Source of the DNA: a virus
Taxonomy: Duplodnaviria; Heunggongvirae; Uroviricota; Caudoviricetes
Direction: 5' to 3' (one strand)
Virus record (IMG/VR): IMGVR_UViG_3300020048_000080
Length of the DNA: 64,000 nt
Shown here: positions 49,035 through 58,153 of the stretch, in pieces
Layout: each line of letters begins with the position of its first letter
How positions within the stretch are numbered: the first letter of the stretch is position 1
Notes under the pieces: generated by a model
Databases searched by the model: none
What the model was told of the DNA's origin: nothing
The model's input: only the letters and a program-made list of their open reading frames with translations
Program-made: the position numbers and the translations under genes

Positions 49035-49688
49035 TTGTATCTTTGCGAAATGGAAAAGATTTATGTATATTACGGTGATAATAAGGCATTCAAAAAATTG
49101 GCAAATATGTCTTATTCTTTGAATGGTCTATCATTTCTTAGTGGTTCTGCTAAATTCTGCGGTTTAAAATTGTCACAAAAACTTGAGAGAAAAATAAAAT
49201 TATTCCAGTTTTCAGTTAAGAAACCTAGACGAATTGTTTATTTACATAATGTGATTTCTAATTCCACAATACATTCTGAAAAAAGTTTTGAAAATCTACA
49301 ACATAAATCTTGGCTAGAAAAAAAGACTAAAACTTATTCCTCTACTTATAAAAAAATGCCAAAGGGTATCACTAAGGATAACCAGGAAGCATTTAATAGG
49401 AGAGGTGGTGGTCAGAGTGGTGGGTCATATAAAATGTTCTGTATAAAGTGTCATTTCACTCATAAGCCATATAAATATTATTTTAAATCTAAAGATGATA
49501 AAGATAATAGGAAATTTTCCGGATTTTTTGTTTCATCAACCAAAGATAAAAATCATTGTCCAAATTGTGGATCAGAGGATTCGTATATAACATTATATTC
49601 TGCTACAAGAGTACCAAGGCAAAAAGCAAGTAAAAAAGTTTGGGAGAATTTTTATAAATTGTATGTTTATCCAAAATTAAAAAAATAA
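49035..49688 (+). CDS. hypothetical protein with a C-terminal Zn-ribbon (CPNCGSEDSY)
   Basis: ORF; CxxC pairs 'CIKCHF' and 'CPNCG'. Confidence 0.3.
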   Translation: MYLCEMEKIYVYYGDNKAFKKLANMSYSLNGLSFLSGSAKFCGLKLSQKLERKIKLFQFSVKKPRRIVYLHNVISNSTIHSEKSFENLQHKSWLEKKTKTYSSTYKKMPKGITKDNQEAFNRRGGGQSGGSYKMFCIKCHFTHKPYKYYFKSKDDKDNRKFSGFFVSSTKDKNHCPNCGSEDSYITLYSATRVPRQKASKKVWENFYKLYVYPKLKK

Positions 49689-49731
49689 TGGGTTCATTTA
49701 TTGTTTATATATAAAAATAAACAAAAATTAT

Positions 49732-49932
49732 ATGAAGTATGAAATTTCAGTTTATATTAATGATGGTTCAGTAGTTCTATTACCAGTCCAATATGAAAAA
49801 GATTATGATCTTCGCAGAGACGTAACGAATATTGGAGTTAATGGTCTTTTACAAAAAGTTGAAGAAATGTTTGTGTATTATCCACCTCACAAAATTGATA
49901 AAATTGAGGTTCAATTAGCTGCTAAACCATAG
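49732..49932 (+). CDS. hypothetical small protein
   Basis: ORF only. Confidence 0.25.
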   Translation: MKYEISVYINDGSVVLLPVQYEKDYDLRRDVTNIGVNGLLQKVEEMFVYYPPHKIDKIEVQLAAKP

Positions 49933-50137
49933 AAGATTTAAGTTCTAATTCATTTTTTATTTTTCTAATATTTAATTCATAAAAATATAAATGCTCTTCA
50001 ATATAAAAAGACTCATTTTTAGGATCAGATTTCATTATAGAATTTATATCTTTCTTTAATTTACTATAAACAGATAATAAATCTAATAGTTCATCAATAT
50101 CTTTCGTTCTTAATTCTTTATAGCAATATATTTTCAT
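49922..50137 (-). CDS. hypothetical small protein
   Basis: ORF only. Confidence 0.2.
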   Translation of the reverse strand: MKIYCYKELRTKDIDELLDLLSVYSKLKKDINSIMKSDPKNESFYIEEHLYFYELNIRKIKNELELKSSMV

Positions 50138-50228
50138 ATATGTATATATTAATTTTTTAAGTCATTATATAAATTAATATAAACTTTTTTTCTAAAATGA
50201 ATATATCAAAAAAAATAATATACCAAAT

Positions 50229-50453
50229 ATGAAAGAATATATAATTACTATGAATTTTTCAGTAGAAGCAGAGGAAGCAGAATTTGAAGAAATTAGTGAA
50301 TTTGCAGAACAATTATTAGAAAATATAATGAGTGATGATAAATTAATTTATAAAAATGATATTGAAATAGTTGGTATAACTATTGATAATATTGATGATC
50401 TAAATTATGAAAAAAATGAAAGTTATTTAGAAGATGAAGAATTTGATGATTAA
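50229..50453 (+). CDS. very acidic small protein (74 aa)
   Basis: 'EAEEAEFEEISEFAEQ' and 'YLEDEEFDD'. Confidence 0.3.
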   Translation: MKEYIITMNFSVEAEEAEFEEISEFAEQLLENIMSDDKLIYKNDIEIVGITIDNIDDLNYEKNESYLEDEEFDD

Positions 50454-50565
50454 TTTTTTTTATTCTAAAAAATAACTTAATTTTGTATTTAATATAGGGT
50501 TCTACCATTGGGCTACTTCTCCGCAAAAAAATTAACCAATAAAAAAAAACCTTAAATTAAAAAGT

Positions 50566-51573
50566 ATGAGAAAGTTAGCAAGTATTCGCACTATTTCAAA
50601 TATCAGACCAATTGATGGTGCTGATATGATTGAAGTTGCAACAGTAGACAACTGGAGTGTTGTTGTTGGAAAGAACGATTTTAAGATTGGTGATAATGTT
50701 ATCTATTTTGAAATTGATTCATTTTTACCTATTCGTCCAGAATTTGAATTTTTAAGAAAGTCTTCATATAAGAAGTTAGCTGATGGTTCAGAAGGCTTCA
50801 GATTAAAGACAATCCGTCTTCGTTGTCAAATCTCACAAGGTTTGATTACTCCCACATCTATTCTTCCAAATCAAAACTTCCAAGTAGGGGAAGAAGTTAC
50901 AGATATTCTTGGAGTTATTAAGTATGAACCTCCAATTCCAGCCGAATTAGCTGGTAAGGTTATCGGTTATTTTCCTTCTTTTATTCAAAAGTCAGATGAA
51001 GAAAGAGTTCAAAATTTAACCGATGAATATGATGAAATGAGAAAGTATAAGTACTTCGCATCTGAAAAGTTAGACGGTACATCTTCTACATTTTTTATAA
51101 ATGAAAATATTTTTGGAGTTTGTTCAAGAAATCTTCAATTAGAATTTAATCCTGATAATACCTTCTGTAAGATTGCTATTCAAAATGATATTGAAAATAA
51201 GTTGAGAAGTCTTCAACGTAATTTAGCAATTCAAGGAGAAATTATTGGTGAAGGTATTCAAGGTAATAAGTATAAGTTGATTGGACAAAAGTTATTTGTA
51301 TTCAATATTTTTGATATTGATAAGTTTGAATATTTATCAAAGGAAGAAATGGTTAATATGTGTAATCTTTTCAACTTAAATACTGTACCTACAATTTATT
51401 CTGATTTTACATTAACTGAAACTATTGAAGAATTGTTAGAAATTGCAAATGGTCAATCTCAATTAAATGTAAATACAAAGAGAGAAGGTTTAGTTTGGGT
51501 TTCAATTGACTCACCAAAGAGAATTTCCTTTAAGACTATCTCAAATCAATTTTTATTAAAGTACGACGAATAA
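50566..51573 (+). CDS. ATP-dependent RNA ligase-like nucleotidyltransferase (Rnl2/Rnl5-type), N-terminal OB-like domain
   Basis: Motif I 'ASEKLDGTSSTF' (KxDGT/S as in Rnl2 'KIHGTN'); a downstream motif 'IQGEIIGEGIQGNKY' (motif IV-like); 335 aa. The genome already encodes an NAD-dependent DNA ligase. Confidence 0.45.
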   Translation: MRKLASIRTISNIRPIDGADMIEVATVDNWSVVVGKNDFKIGDNVIYFEIDSFLPIRPEFEFLRKSSYKKLADGSEGFRLKTIRLRCQISQGLITPTSILPNQNFQVGEEVTDILGVIKYEPPIPAELAGKVIGYFPSFIQKSDEERVQNLTDEYDEMRKYKYFASEKLDGTSSTFFINENIFGVCSRNLQLEFNPDNTFCKIAIQNDIENKLRSLQRNLAIQGEIIGEGIQGNKYKLIGQKLFVFNIFDIDKFEYLSKEEMVNMCNLFNLNTVPTIYSDFTLTETIEELLEIANGQSQLNVNTKREGLVWVSIDSPKRISFKTISNQFLLKYDE

Positions 51574-51646
51574 ATTTTTTAATAAAAATTAAACTTTACT
51601 ATTTTTTTAAACTAAATTTAATAAACAATCACAAAACTTAAAAATT

Positions 51647-51985
51647 ATGAATATCAGTGAAATTTTAACAGGCTCTGTTACCAATTGTTCTGTAGATGAA
51701 CAAAAAGAAGTTTTAGAACAGATGAAAGAAAATAAAGTCTTTGATCTCAATGAGACAGAAAAAACTAATCTTATCAATTTTTTGTGTGATAAGGTTGAAA
51801 GTGAAATAGCAATTGAATATCTATTTCATGTATTAGATACTGAAATTTCTTATCCAATTGATGATGAAAAGGTTAAATCACTTTTCTCAGACGAGAGGAT
51901 GAAAAGGATGAAAGATTTAATGATGGAAAGACTTCAAGAAGATGAGGAAGAAACTTCTGAATCAGAAGAAGAAACCGAAGCTTAA
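51647..51985 (+). CDS. acidic hypothetical protein
   Basis: E/D-rich C-terminus 'QEDEEETSESEEETEA'. Confidence 0.3.
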   Translation: MNISEILTGSVTNCSVDEQKEVLEQMKENKVFDLNETEKTNLINFLCDKVESEIAIEYLFHVLDTEISYPIDDEKVKSLFSDERMKRMKDLMMERLQEDEEETSESEEETEA

Positions 51986-51987
51986 GA

Positions 51988-52016
51988 AAAAAGGAACTAA
52001 GTTCCTTTTTTTTTTG
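51988..52016 (+). terminator. intrinsic terminator (aaggaac-taa-gttcctt followed by T10)
   Basis: Hairpin then a T-run immediately after the stop codon. Confidence 0.6.
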
Positions 52017-52079
52017 TCTCACCTACTATTTAAAATAGTAGAAATAAGATATTTTTAATAATTAATATATACAATAAAA

Positions 52080-52508
52080 ATGGAAAACCAAGTTAATTTT
52101 TTTTCTAAGCTTTTCAAAAAAGCATGGAAAAAAATAGATAAAGATGATGTATTAACACCAGCACAACAATTGGCGTTTGATATATTTAAAATTTGTCTAT
52201 ATGACGAAAATAATATTCGTTATCTAAATGCAAGAAATTCATTTAAAAAATATATCGTAACTAAAAGATATGTTACTGATAAAGATATTAGCACTTTTAT
52301 TCTTCTTGAAGAAAGAAAATTAACAATTGTTAATCATCAGTATAGATATGATATTAATATGCCACAAAAAACTTCTGATATTATGCAAAATATGTTTCAT
52401 GACAAAGTAGAACAAGAACGTTCAAACATGGAAAAAGAAATATTAAGTAATATTACTCAAAGTTTAGAAATTGTTCTTAGTCAATTCAAAGAAAAATTAG
52501 AAAGCTAA
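52080..52508 (+). CDS. hypothetical protein
   Basis: ORF only. Confidence 0.3.
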   Translation: MENQVNFFSKLFKKAWKKIDKDDVLTPAQQLAFDIFKICLYDENNIRYLNARNSFKKYIVTKRYVTDKDISTFILLEERKLTIVNHQYRYDINMPQKTSDIMQNMFHDKVEQERSNMEKEILSNITQSLEIVLSQFKEKLES

Positions 52509-52544
52509 TTTTTTATTCTCAATTTTTACCTTACATTTGTCTTA

Positions 52545-53132
52545 ATGAGAAAATATACACCAGATAATATAGAAAAGTTGGATCCTGATTGTATTTTTGT
52601 CTTCGGCAGTAATGGTGAAGGTAAACATGGAAAAGGTGCCGCACTACTTGCTGTTCAAAAATTCGGTGCGATATACGGACAGGCACAAGGATTACAAGGA
52701 CAATCTTATGCTATTATCACAAAGAAAAATTGGAGAATACCAAAATCTTCATCTTTAACAGAAATTAGTTTTGGTATTGAAAAATTTCTAAAATTTGCAA
52801 AAGAAAAATATACACTAACATTTTATGTTACTAAATTAGGTAGTTCATTGGCTGGTTATACAGTTGAAGAAATAAAAAATTTATTCCTTGATGCTCATTA
52901 CCATAATATGATTCCTGATAATGTAATTTTACCAAAAGAATATGAAGTTAGAGATATTAAATTAACATATAGCGTAGGTGAAGTTGATTTGCTGCTACAA
53001 AGACAAAGAAAAAAATGTCTGGAAAATGCAAAAATAATTGTAAATGAAAACTCTTACTTAGATGATACCACAGAGATTGAATATATAATTGACAAAGATT
53101 CAATATTAAACGCAAAGATAGATGTATTATAA
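52545..53132 (+). CDS. hypothetical protein with a Gly-rich loop (IFVFGSNGEGKHGKGAALLA), possibly a SLOG/Rossmann-like nucleotide-processing fold
   Basis: Only the G-rich loop after a beta-strand suggests this fold; no family assigned. Confidence 0.2.
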   Translation: MRKYTPDNIEKLDPDCIFVFGSNGEGKHGKGAALLAVQKFGAIYGQAQGLQGQSYAIITKKNWRIPKSSSLTEISFGIEKFLKFAKEKYTLTFYVTKLGSSLAGYTVEEIKNLFLDAHYHNMIPDNVILPKEYEVRDIKLTYSVGEVDLLLQRQRKKCLENAKIIVNENSYLDDTTEIEYIIDKDSILNAKIDVL

Positions 53133-53379
53133 TATTAAAGAAGAAAAGAATCATTTTATAGTTGATTTTAATGGAAGAACAAGAATGTTTAGTTCCATAG
53201 AACACGCACATGAATACATACAATGTCAATTAGAATATGAACATAGATTATTAATGGCTCAGAAAAGTGCTGATATGCAAATTATGCTATCTCAAATTGA
53301 ATTAAGAGAATATAAAAAATTGAAATTAAAAACAGAAAGAATAGAAAAACTTAAAAAATTAAATCTTAAAACACAATAA
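53122..53379 (+). CDS. hypothetical small protein
   Basis: ORF only. Confidence 0.25.
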   Translation: MYYNIKEEKNHFIVDFNGRTRMFSSIEHAHEYIQCQLEYEHRLLMAQKSADMQIMLSQIELREYKKLKLKTERIEKLKKLNLKTQ

Positions 53380-53382
53380 AAT

Positions 53383-54066
53383 ATGAATCAAAACTCGGAA
53401 TTTCAAAAATTTGCAACAGGACACATGCGTATCAATTCAATGGTACTTCACGATTATCAAAGTAAAGCAAACATTATGGGAAATTATATTTCCCCGACAA
53501 TTATAGAAGAACGGCAACTCAATGTTGCGCAGATGGATGTATTTAGTCGCTTGATGATGGATAGAATTATCTTCTTAGGTACGGCAATTAATGATCACGT
53601 TTCAAATATTATACAGGCTCAACTTCTTTTCTTAGAGTCTATTGATAAATCAAAAGATATTCAAATCTATTTAAATTCACCAGGTGGTGGTGTTTACGCT
53701 GGTATGGGTATTTACGATACTATGCAATACGTTCAACCTGATATTGCAACAATTTGTACAGGTATGGCGGCATCTATGGGCGCAGTTCTACTTTGTGCAG
53801 GTGAAAAAGGAAAACGAACCGCTCTTAAACATTCAAGAGTAATGATACATCAACCTTCCGGTGGTGCTGATGGACAAGCATCTGACATTCTTATCGTTGC
53901 AAAAGAAATTCAACTTTTGAAAAATGAATTATACCAAATCATGTCAGACCATACTGGACAGACTTTTGAACAAATAGAAAAAGATAGTGATCGTGACCAT
54001 TGGATGACTTCAACTGAAGCAAAAGCATATGGTATGATAGATGAAGTTTTAATTAGAAATAAATAA
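53383..54066 (+). CDS. clpP: ATP-dependent Clp protease proteolytic subunit ClpP
   Basis: 'RIIFLGTAINDHVSNIIQAQLLFL', Ser nucleophile in 'GMAASMGAVLL', His in 'MIHQPSGG', 'SDRDHWMTSTEAKAYGMIDEV'. This is a canonical ClpP rather than a diverged prohead protease. Confidence 0.9.
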   Translation: MNQNSEFQKFATGHMRINSMVLHDYQSKANIMGNYISPTIIEERQLNVAQMDVFSRLMMDRIIFLGTAINDHVSNIIQAQLLFLESIDKSKDIQIYLNSPGGGVYAGMGIYDTMQYVQPDIATICTGMAASMGAVLLCAGEKGKRTALKHSRVMIHQPSGGADGQASDILIVAKEIQLLKNELYQIMSDHTGQTFEQIEKDSDRDHWMTSTEAKAYGMIDEVLIRNK

Positions 54067-54545
54067 TGAACTCAAAATTAGATAGTTACTTAGTTACAAA
54101 ATATCCTAAACTTTTTATTAAAAGATATGAGGATATGAAATCCACAGCAATGTGTTGGGGATTTGAATGTGGTGATGGTTGGTTTTGGTTACTTGATAAC
54201 CTTTGTCAATCTATACAATCCTATATAGATTATAATACACATAAAAATATAACTCAAGTTACAGTTGAACAGGTAAAAGAAAAATTTGGCGGTTTACGAT
54301 TTTATATAGAAGGTGGTGATGATACCATTCACGGTATGATTTCATTAGCTGAACGTATGTCATATAATATTTGTGAAACATGTGGTTCTACGGAAAATAT
54401 AGGACAAACAAGTGGATGGATAAAAAATATCTGTGAGGACTGTGCTAAACTAGACACAAAATCAAATTGGAAAAAAAGGGAAATTCCACAAATAGAAATA
54501 TCTAAAGAATTAAGAAAAATAAAACTTGATAAATTAAATCAATAA
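54066..54545 (+). CDS. hypothetical protein with a Zn-ribbon (CETCGSTEN...CEDC)
   Basis: ATGA overlap with clpP; CxxC...CxxC. Confidence 0.3.
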   Translation: MNSKLDSYLVTKYPKLFIKRYEDMKSTAMCWGFECGDGWFWLLDNLCQSIQSYIDYNTHKNITQVTVEQVKEKFGGLRFYIEGGDDTIHGMISLAERMSYNICETCGSTENIGQTSGWIKNICEDCAKLDTKSNWKKREIPQIEISKELRKIKLDKLNQ

Positions 54546-54661
54546 AAAAACAAACTTTTTTAAAAAATTATATATATAGTGTTTAGAGTTAAAAATTTAA
54601 AAATGAACATTTTTAACAAAAAAAATATAATATATACAAAAAAAACAAAAAAATCAAAATT

Positions 54662-54838
54662 ATGAAAAAATTAGTATTAAGTTTAATCACAGTAGTAATG
54701 ATATCAATGTTAGCAATATCCTGTGGACCTTCCGCTAAACAATTGGAAGAAAAAAGATATGCAGATTCTTGTGCAGCAGCAGAAGCAGATTCTACACAAG
54801 CAGATTCAACTATTGTTATTGACACATTAGCAAATTAA
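54662..54838 (+). CDS. small lipoprotein (58 aa), preferred over the antisense ORF 54613..54825
   Basis: 'MKKLVLSLITVVMISMLAISCGPS' signal peptide with lipobox. Confidence 0.4.
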   Translation: MKKLVLSLITVVMISMLAISCGPSAKQLEEKRYADSCAAAEADSTQADSTIVIDTLAN

Positions 54839-54960
54839 GAAAAAAATGTATAAAAATTTTTAAGGATAAGAATATTTTTTATTTTTATCCTTTTTTATTT
54901 TTAAATTTTTTTTTATGACTTTTTATAGTATCTTTGTTTTAATCAAAAAAATATATTTTT

Positions 54961-55617
54961 ATGAACTTAAATAAAATATTTCAATTTTTAACACCAAAAA
55001 ATCCTGTATTCTTTCCATTGTTTAATGGACAAGCAAAATGTATAGTAGAAGCAACACAACTCTTAGTTGGAATTATGTCAGTAAAAACTGACGAAGAAAG
55101 ACTAGATTTTGTAAAAAGAATTAAATCAATTGAATCAGAAGGTGATTCAGTTGCATCAAAATTGAATACTGCCTTAGTAAAAGAATTTATAGTACCTTTT
55201 GATAAAGAAGATATACACGAATTATCTTCAAAATTAGATGATGTACTAGATAATATTTATGCAGTAAGTCAAAGAATTCAATGGTATAAACCTAAACCTA
55301 AAAAAATGAGTCCTGAAATGTTAGGATTTATTGAAGTTATTACCGAAATGTCAAAAGAAATAGAAACTGTTGTTTCTCTTTTAGATCATATTATTGATAA
55401 CAAAACACCAATTACCGAATCTTGTAAAAAACTAAACAATTTAGAGAAAAAAGCAGATATTTTCTTCTATACTCATATGTCACAATTATTTGAAAATGAG
55501 AAAAATTTGGTGGAAATTATCAAAGATAAAGATATTTTTCACTCATTAGAAAAAACTGCAAATTCAGCAGAAGATATAGCCAATATTATAAAAACAATTT
55601 TAATAAAAAATATTTAA
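54961..55617 (+). CDS. DUF47/PhoU-like (Pit accessory/phosphate-regulator-like) protein
   Basis: 'IESEGDSVASKLNTALVKEFIVPFDKEDIHELSSKLDDVLDNI' matches the DUF47 core 'E.eaD........f..P.dReDi..L...lDdi.D'. Confidence 0.45.
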   Translation: MNLNKIFQFLTPKNPVFFPLFNGQAKCIVEATQLLVGIMSVKTDEERLDFVKRIKSIESEGDSVASKLNTALVKEFIVPFDKEDIHELSSKLDDVLDNIYAVSQRIQWYKPKPKKMSPEMLGFIEVITEMSKEIETVVSLLDHIIDNKTPITESCKKLNNLEKKADIFFYTHMSQLFENEKNLVEIIKDKDIFHSLEKTANSAEDIANIIKTILIKNI

Positions 55618-56441
55618 TGTTTTTTAAAAAATACCTAAACAAATTTTTAAACAAAAAAAGTGATTTTACTGAAGATGAAAAACTGAAAACTCTAAATGAT
55701 CAGTTTTACTTTATTCTAGGTGAAGAACGCAGATTATTAAATTTTCTTATAAAAGAAAATATAAAATATTATTTTACCCATAAAAAAATATATCTTACAA
55801 AACTCCTATTTGTGAATACAATTAGAGTTGGAGTTTTCGCTGGAATTATTTTTGGTATATTTTTTACGTTGAATTATTTTAATATACTTGATATTTCAAA
55901 ATCAAAACCAAAAATAGCAGATAAAATCACAGTATATCTTCCTGATTACGATACAATTAATCAAAAGAAATTAGAAAAGGATTTTAATGTTGTTATATTT
56001 TTCGTTCCAGATTCAAGAAAAGATTGGAAATTATATAAAAGAGCAATACATAATATTGAAACTCGCGGCACAACCGATGCTCAATCATATCTTACTCAAT
56101 CCGCAGATGGACTTTATTGGGGTAGATATCAAATGGGTGCTTCTGCTAGAAAAATTTCAAAAGCTGGACAATATACTTGGAAAGAATTTTCATCAAATCC
56201 TGATGCTCAGGAAGCGGCATTTTTAGAATGGGCTAAATTTCTTAAAAAATCAATGCAACCAGAAATAAATAGGTATTCTGGTCACTTTATAAGTGGTATA
56301 CAAATGACAGAATCTGGTATCATTTCAATAGCGCATAACGCTGGTGATGGTGCCGCTAAATCATATTTGAGAAATGGAAAAATTCCTGATAATGTGATAA
56401 AATTTGCAAAAATAGGTGGTTACAATTTAAATTTAGAATAA
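55617..56441 (+). CDS. membrane-anchored lytic transglycosylase (SLT/GH23-like) candidate
   Basis: N-terminal TM segment. 'ETRGTTDAQSYLTQSADGLYWG' fits SLT 'ES.....A.S..GA.GLMQ' with the catalytic Glu; 'SIAHNAGDGAA' fits the SLT 'AYNAG' motif. Confidence 0.45.
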   Translation: MFFKKYLNKFLNKKSDFTEDEKLKTLNDQFYFILGEERRLLNFLIKENIKYYFTHKKIYLTKLLFVNTIRVGVFAGIIFGIFFTLNYFNILDISKSKPKIADKITVYLPDYDTINQKKLEKDFNVVIFFVPDSRKDWKLYKRAIHNIETRGTTDAQSYLTQSADGLYWGRYQMGASARKISKAGQYTWKEFSSNPDAQEAAFLEWAKFLKKSMQPEINRYSGHFISGIQMTESGIISIAHNAGDGAAKSYLRNGKIPDNVIKFAKIGGYNLNLE

Positions 56442-56442
56442 T

Positions 56443-57189
56443 ATGACAAAAGAAGAAATCTACAATTCCGCAATTGAAGTGTATAAAAAAACTGGTCAAG
56501 GATTACCAGGCTTTATAACATTAAAAATAGGTCGTGATGAAATTGACGAACTTATAGAAGAAGGAAAACTTAAATCAATAAAACAACACTACTCATATTT
56601 ACCCGATGATGAATGGCTTTGTTTAACTGGTGTTTATTGTGTTGAAGAAGAAATGGCTAAGGGTAATCATAGACCACTGGATTTTATTCGTATATACCTT
56701 GGTGTAAAAGGTAATTCTGGAATAGATGCGAAAATGAAAGAATTTTTTGATCAAAATCCAAAAGAAAAAATAAAATATGATAGTGAATACAATGAATGGT
56801 TAACCACTAATAAAGAAATTCTTGAAAAATCTTTTCAAATTCAAAAAGTGGAAATTCCAAGCACACCTTCAAAAACTACTATAAATAAAGAATTATCTGA
56901 ATATATAAAAGATTCAAATTGGTACATTGATAATTATTCTGTAAAAGAAGCAGAAAAAAATATATCTAAAAAATTACTATTAAACGGTGAAATTAAAGGA
57001 TTGTATAAAAGAAAAATTCAAATGATGTCACCATTCACTGATCCACAAGCAGTTGAAAAAACTAAAAAAGATTTAGAAAAAACTGAATTTGAATTGACGA
57101 TGGATTCAAAAGTTCAAAAACTACTTTTTAAATCAAACGATAATAATAAAAAAGTTCAAGAATTTTTTCAAAATTTTAATTTTTCATAA
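56443..57189 (+). CDS. hypothetical protein
   Basis: ORF only. Confidence 0.3.
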   Translation: MTKEEIYNSAIEVYKKTGQGLPGFITLKIGRDEIDELIEEGKLKSIKQHYSYLPDDEWLCLTGVYCVEEEMAKGNHRPLDFIRIYLGVKGNSGIDAKMKEFFDQNPKEKIKYDSEYNEWLTTNKEILEKSFQIQKVEIPSTPSKTTINKELSEYIKDSNWYIDNYSVKEAEKNISKKLLLNGEIKGLYKRKIQMMSPFTDPQAVEKTKKDLEKTEFELTMDSKVQKLLFKSNDNNKKVQEFFQNFNFS

Positions 57190-57190
57190 T

Positions 57191-57379
57191 ATGAAAACAA
57201 AAGACTTAGAAGTAAATGATAAGATAATTTTTATCTTAAATGGTGTAATGCTTGATGGAGAAATTTTGGAAAAAAACTATTTGGACAAGGGTGACATTGA
57301 CTTTGTTATTAAAGTCGCAAATGATAAAAAAACGAGAATACTACATAGAAATTTAAATCTTTATTATAAACTTAAATGA
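57191..57379 (+). CDS. hypothetical small protein
   Basis: ORF only. Confidence 0.25.
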   Translation: MKTKDLEVNDKIIFILNGVMLDGEILEKNYLDKGDIDFVIKVANDKKTRILHRNLNLYYKLK

Positions 57380-57927
57380 AAGTATTATTTAGACATGGTC
57401 TTTGTGACCATAATATTGAAAATAGAATCAGTTGTAGTTTAGATTCTAAATCTGAACTAACAGAAAAAGGAAAAGAACTAGTCTTAGAATCAGCACTAGA
57501 ACTGAAAAAAAATTATAATTGGTATTTCCGAAAAAATAGTGATATAAAAGTTTTTTGCTCTCCACTCTTGAGAACAAAACAAACCGCTAAAATCTTATGT
57601 GATACTTTAGAAATTGATTTTGATAAAGTTATATACGATGAAAGATTAAAAGAAGCACAATATGGTACCTACGACGAAGGACCCGTTTCCAATCTTCCTT
57701 ATGACGTATACGACATGGACAATTTCCAAGATCATGGCTCCGAAACCTACTTTGATATAGAAAGTAGAATAAGAAGCTTCCTGAGAGATACAAATCCTTG
57801 TATGCCTCCACAACACTACACACATTTAATAGTATCTCATGCTCTCCCAATTAGAGTTATGCACAAAATGCTAACAGAAATAAACGACAAAGTTAAAGTC
57901 GCAAAATATTTTATCGTAAATCAATAA
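57376..57927 (+). CDS. histidine phosphatase superfamily (PGAM-like) protein
   Basis: N-terminal 'VLFRHGLCDHN' RHG motif and a later 'SHALPIR' His. Confidence 0.5.
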   Translation: MKVLFRHGLCDHNIENRISCSLDSKSELTEKGKELVLESALELKKNYNWYFRKNSDIKVFCSPLLRTKQTAKILCDTLEIDFDKVIYDERLKEAQYGTYDEGPVSNLPYDVYDMDNFQDHGSETYFDIESRIRSFLRDTNPCMPPQHYTHLIVSHALPIRVMHKMLTEINDKVKVAKYFIVNQ

Positions 57928-57934
57928 AAAAATT

Positions 57935-58087
57935 ATGGAATCAGCACTTTATTTAATCTTAGCAGTAATACTTATTGTATTAGGATTTTTATTAACATCA
58001 TCAATTGCCTATATTTTCCTAATTATAGGTGGTTTTATGTTCGGAAGAACTTTAGCCAAATTAGTATTAGAAAAAAATAATCATTAA
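57935..58087 (+). CDS. small membrane peptide (50 aa), not in the supplied track
   Basis: Two hydrophobic helices 'LYLILAVILIVLGFLL...IFLIIGGFMF'. Confidence 0.25.
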   Translation: MESALYLILAVILIVLGFLLTSSIAYIFLIIGGFMFGRTLAKLVLEKNNH

Positions 58088-58153
58088 ACTTTTTAAATTA
58101 AATATAATAAATCAATCAATAAACAATCAAATTTTAACTAAAACAATTAAATT

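Noticed and set aside
54613-54825. 70-aa minus-strand ORF
   Set aside because: The opposite strand encodes a much more plausible 58-aa lipoprotein (MKKLVLSLITVVMISMLAISC) in an AT-rich intergenic context.
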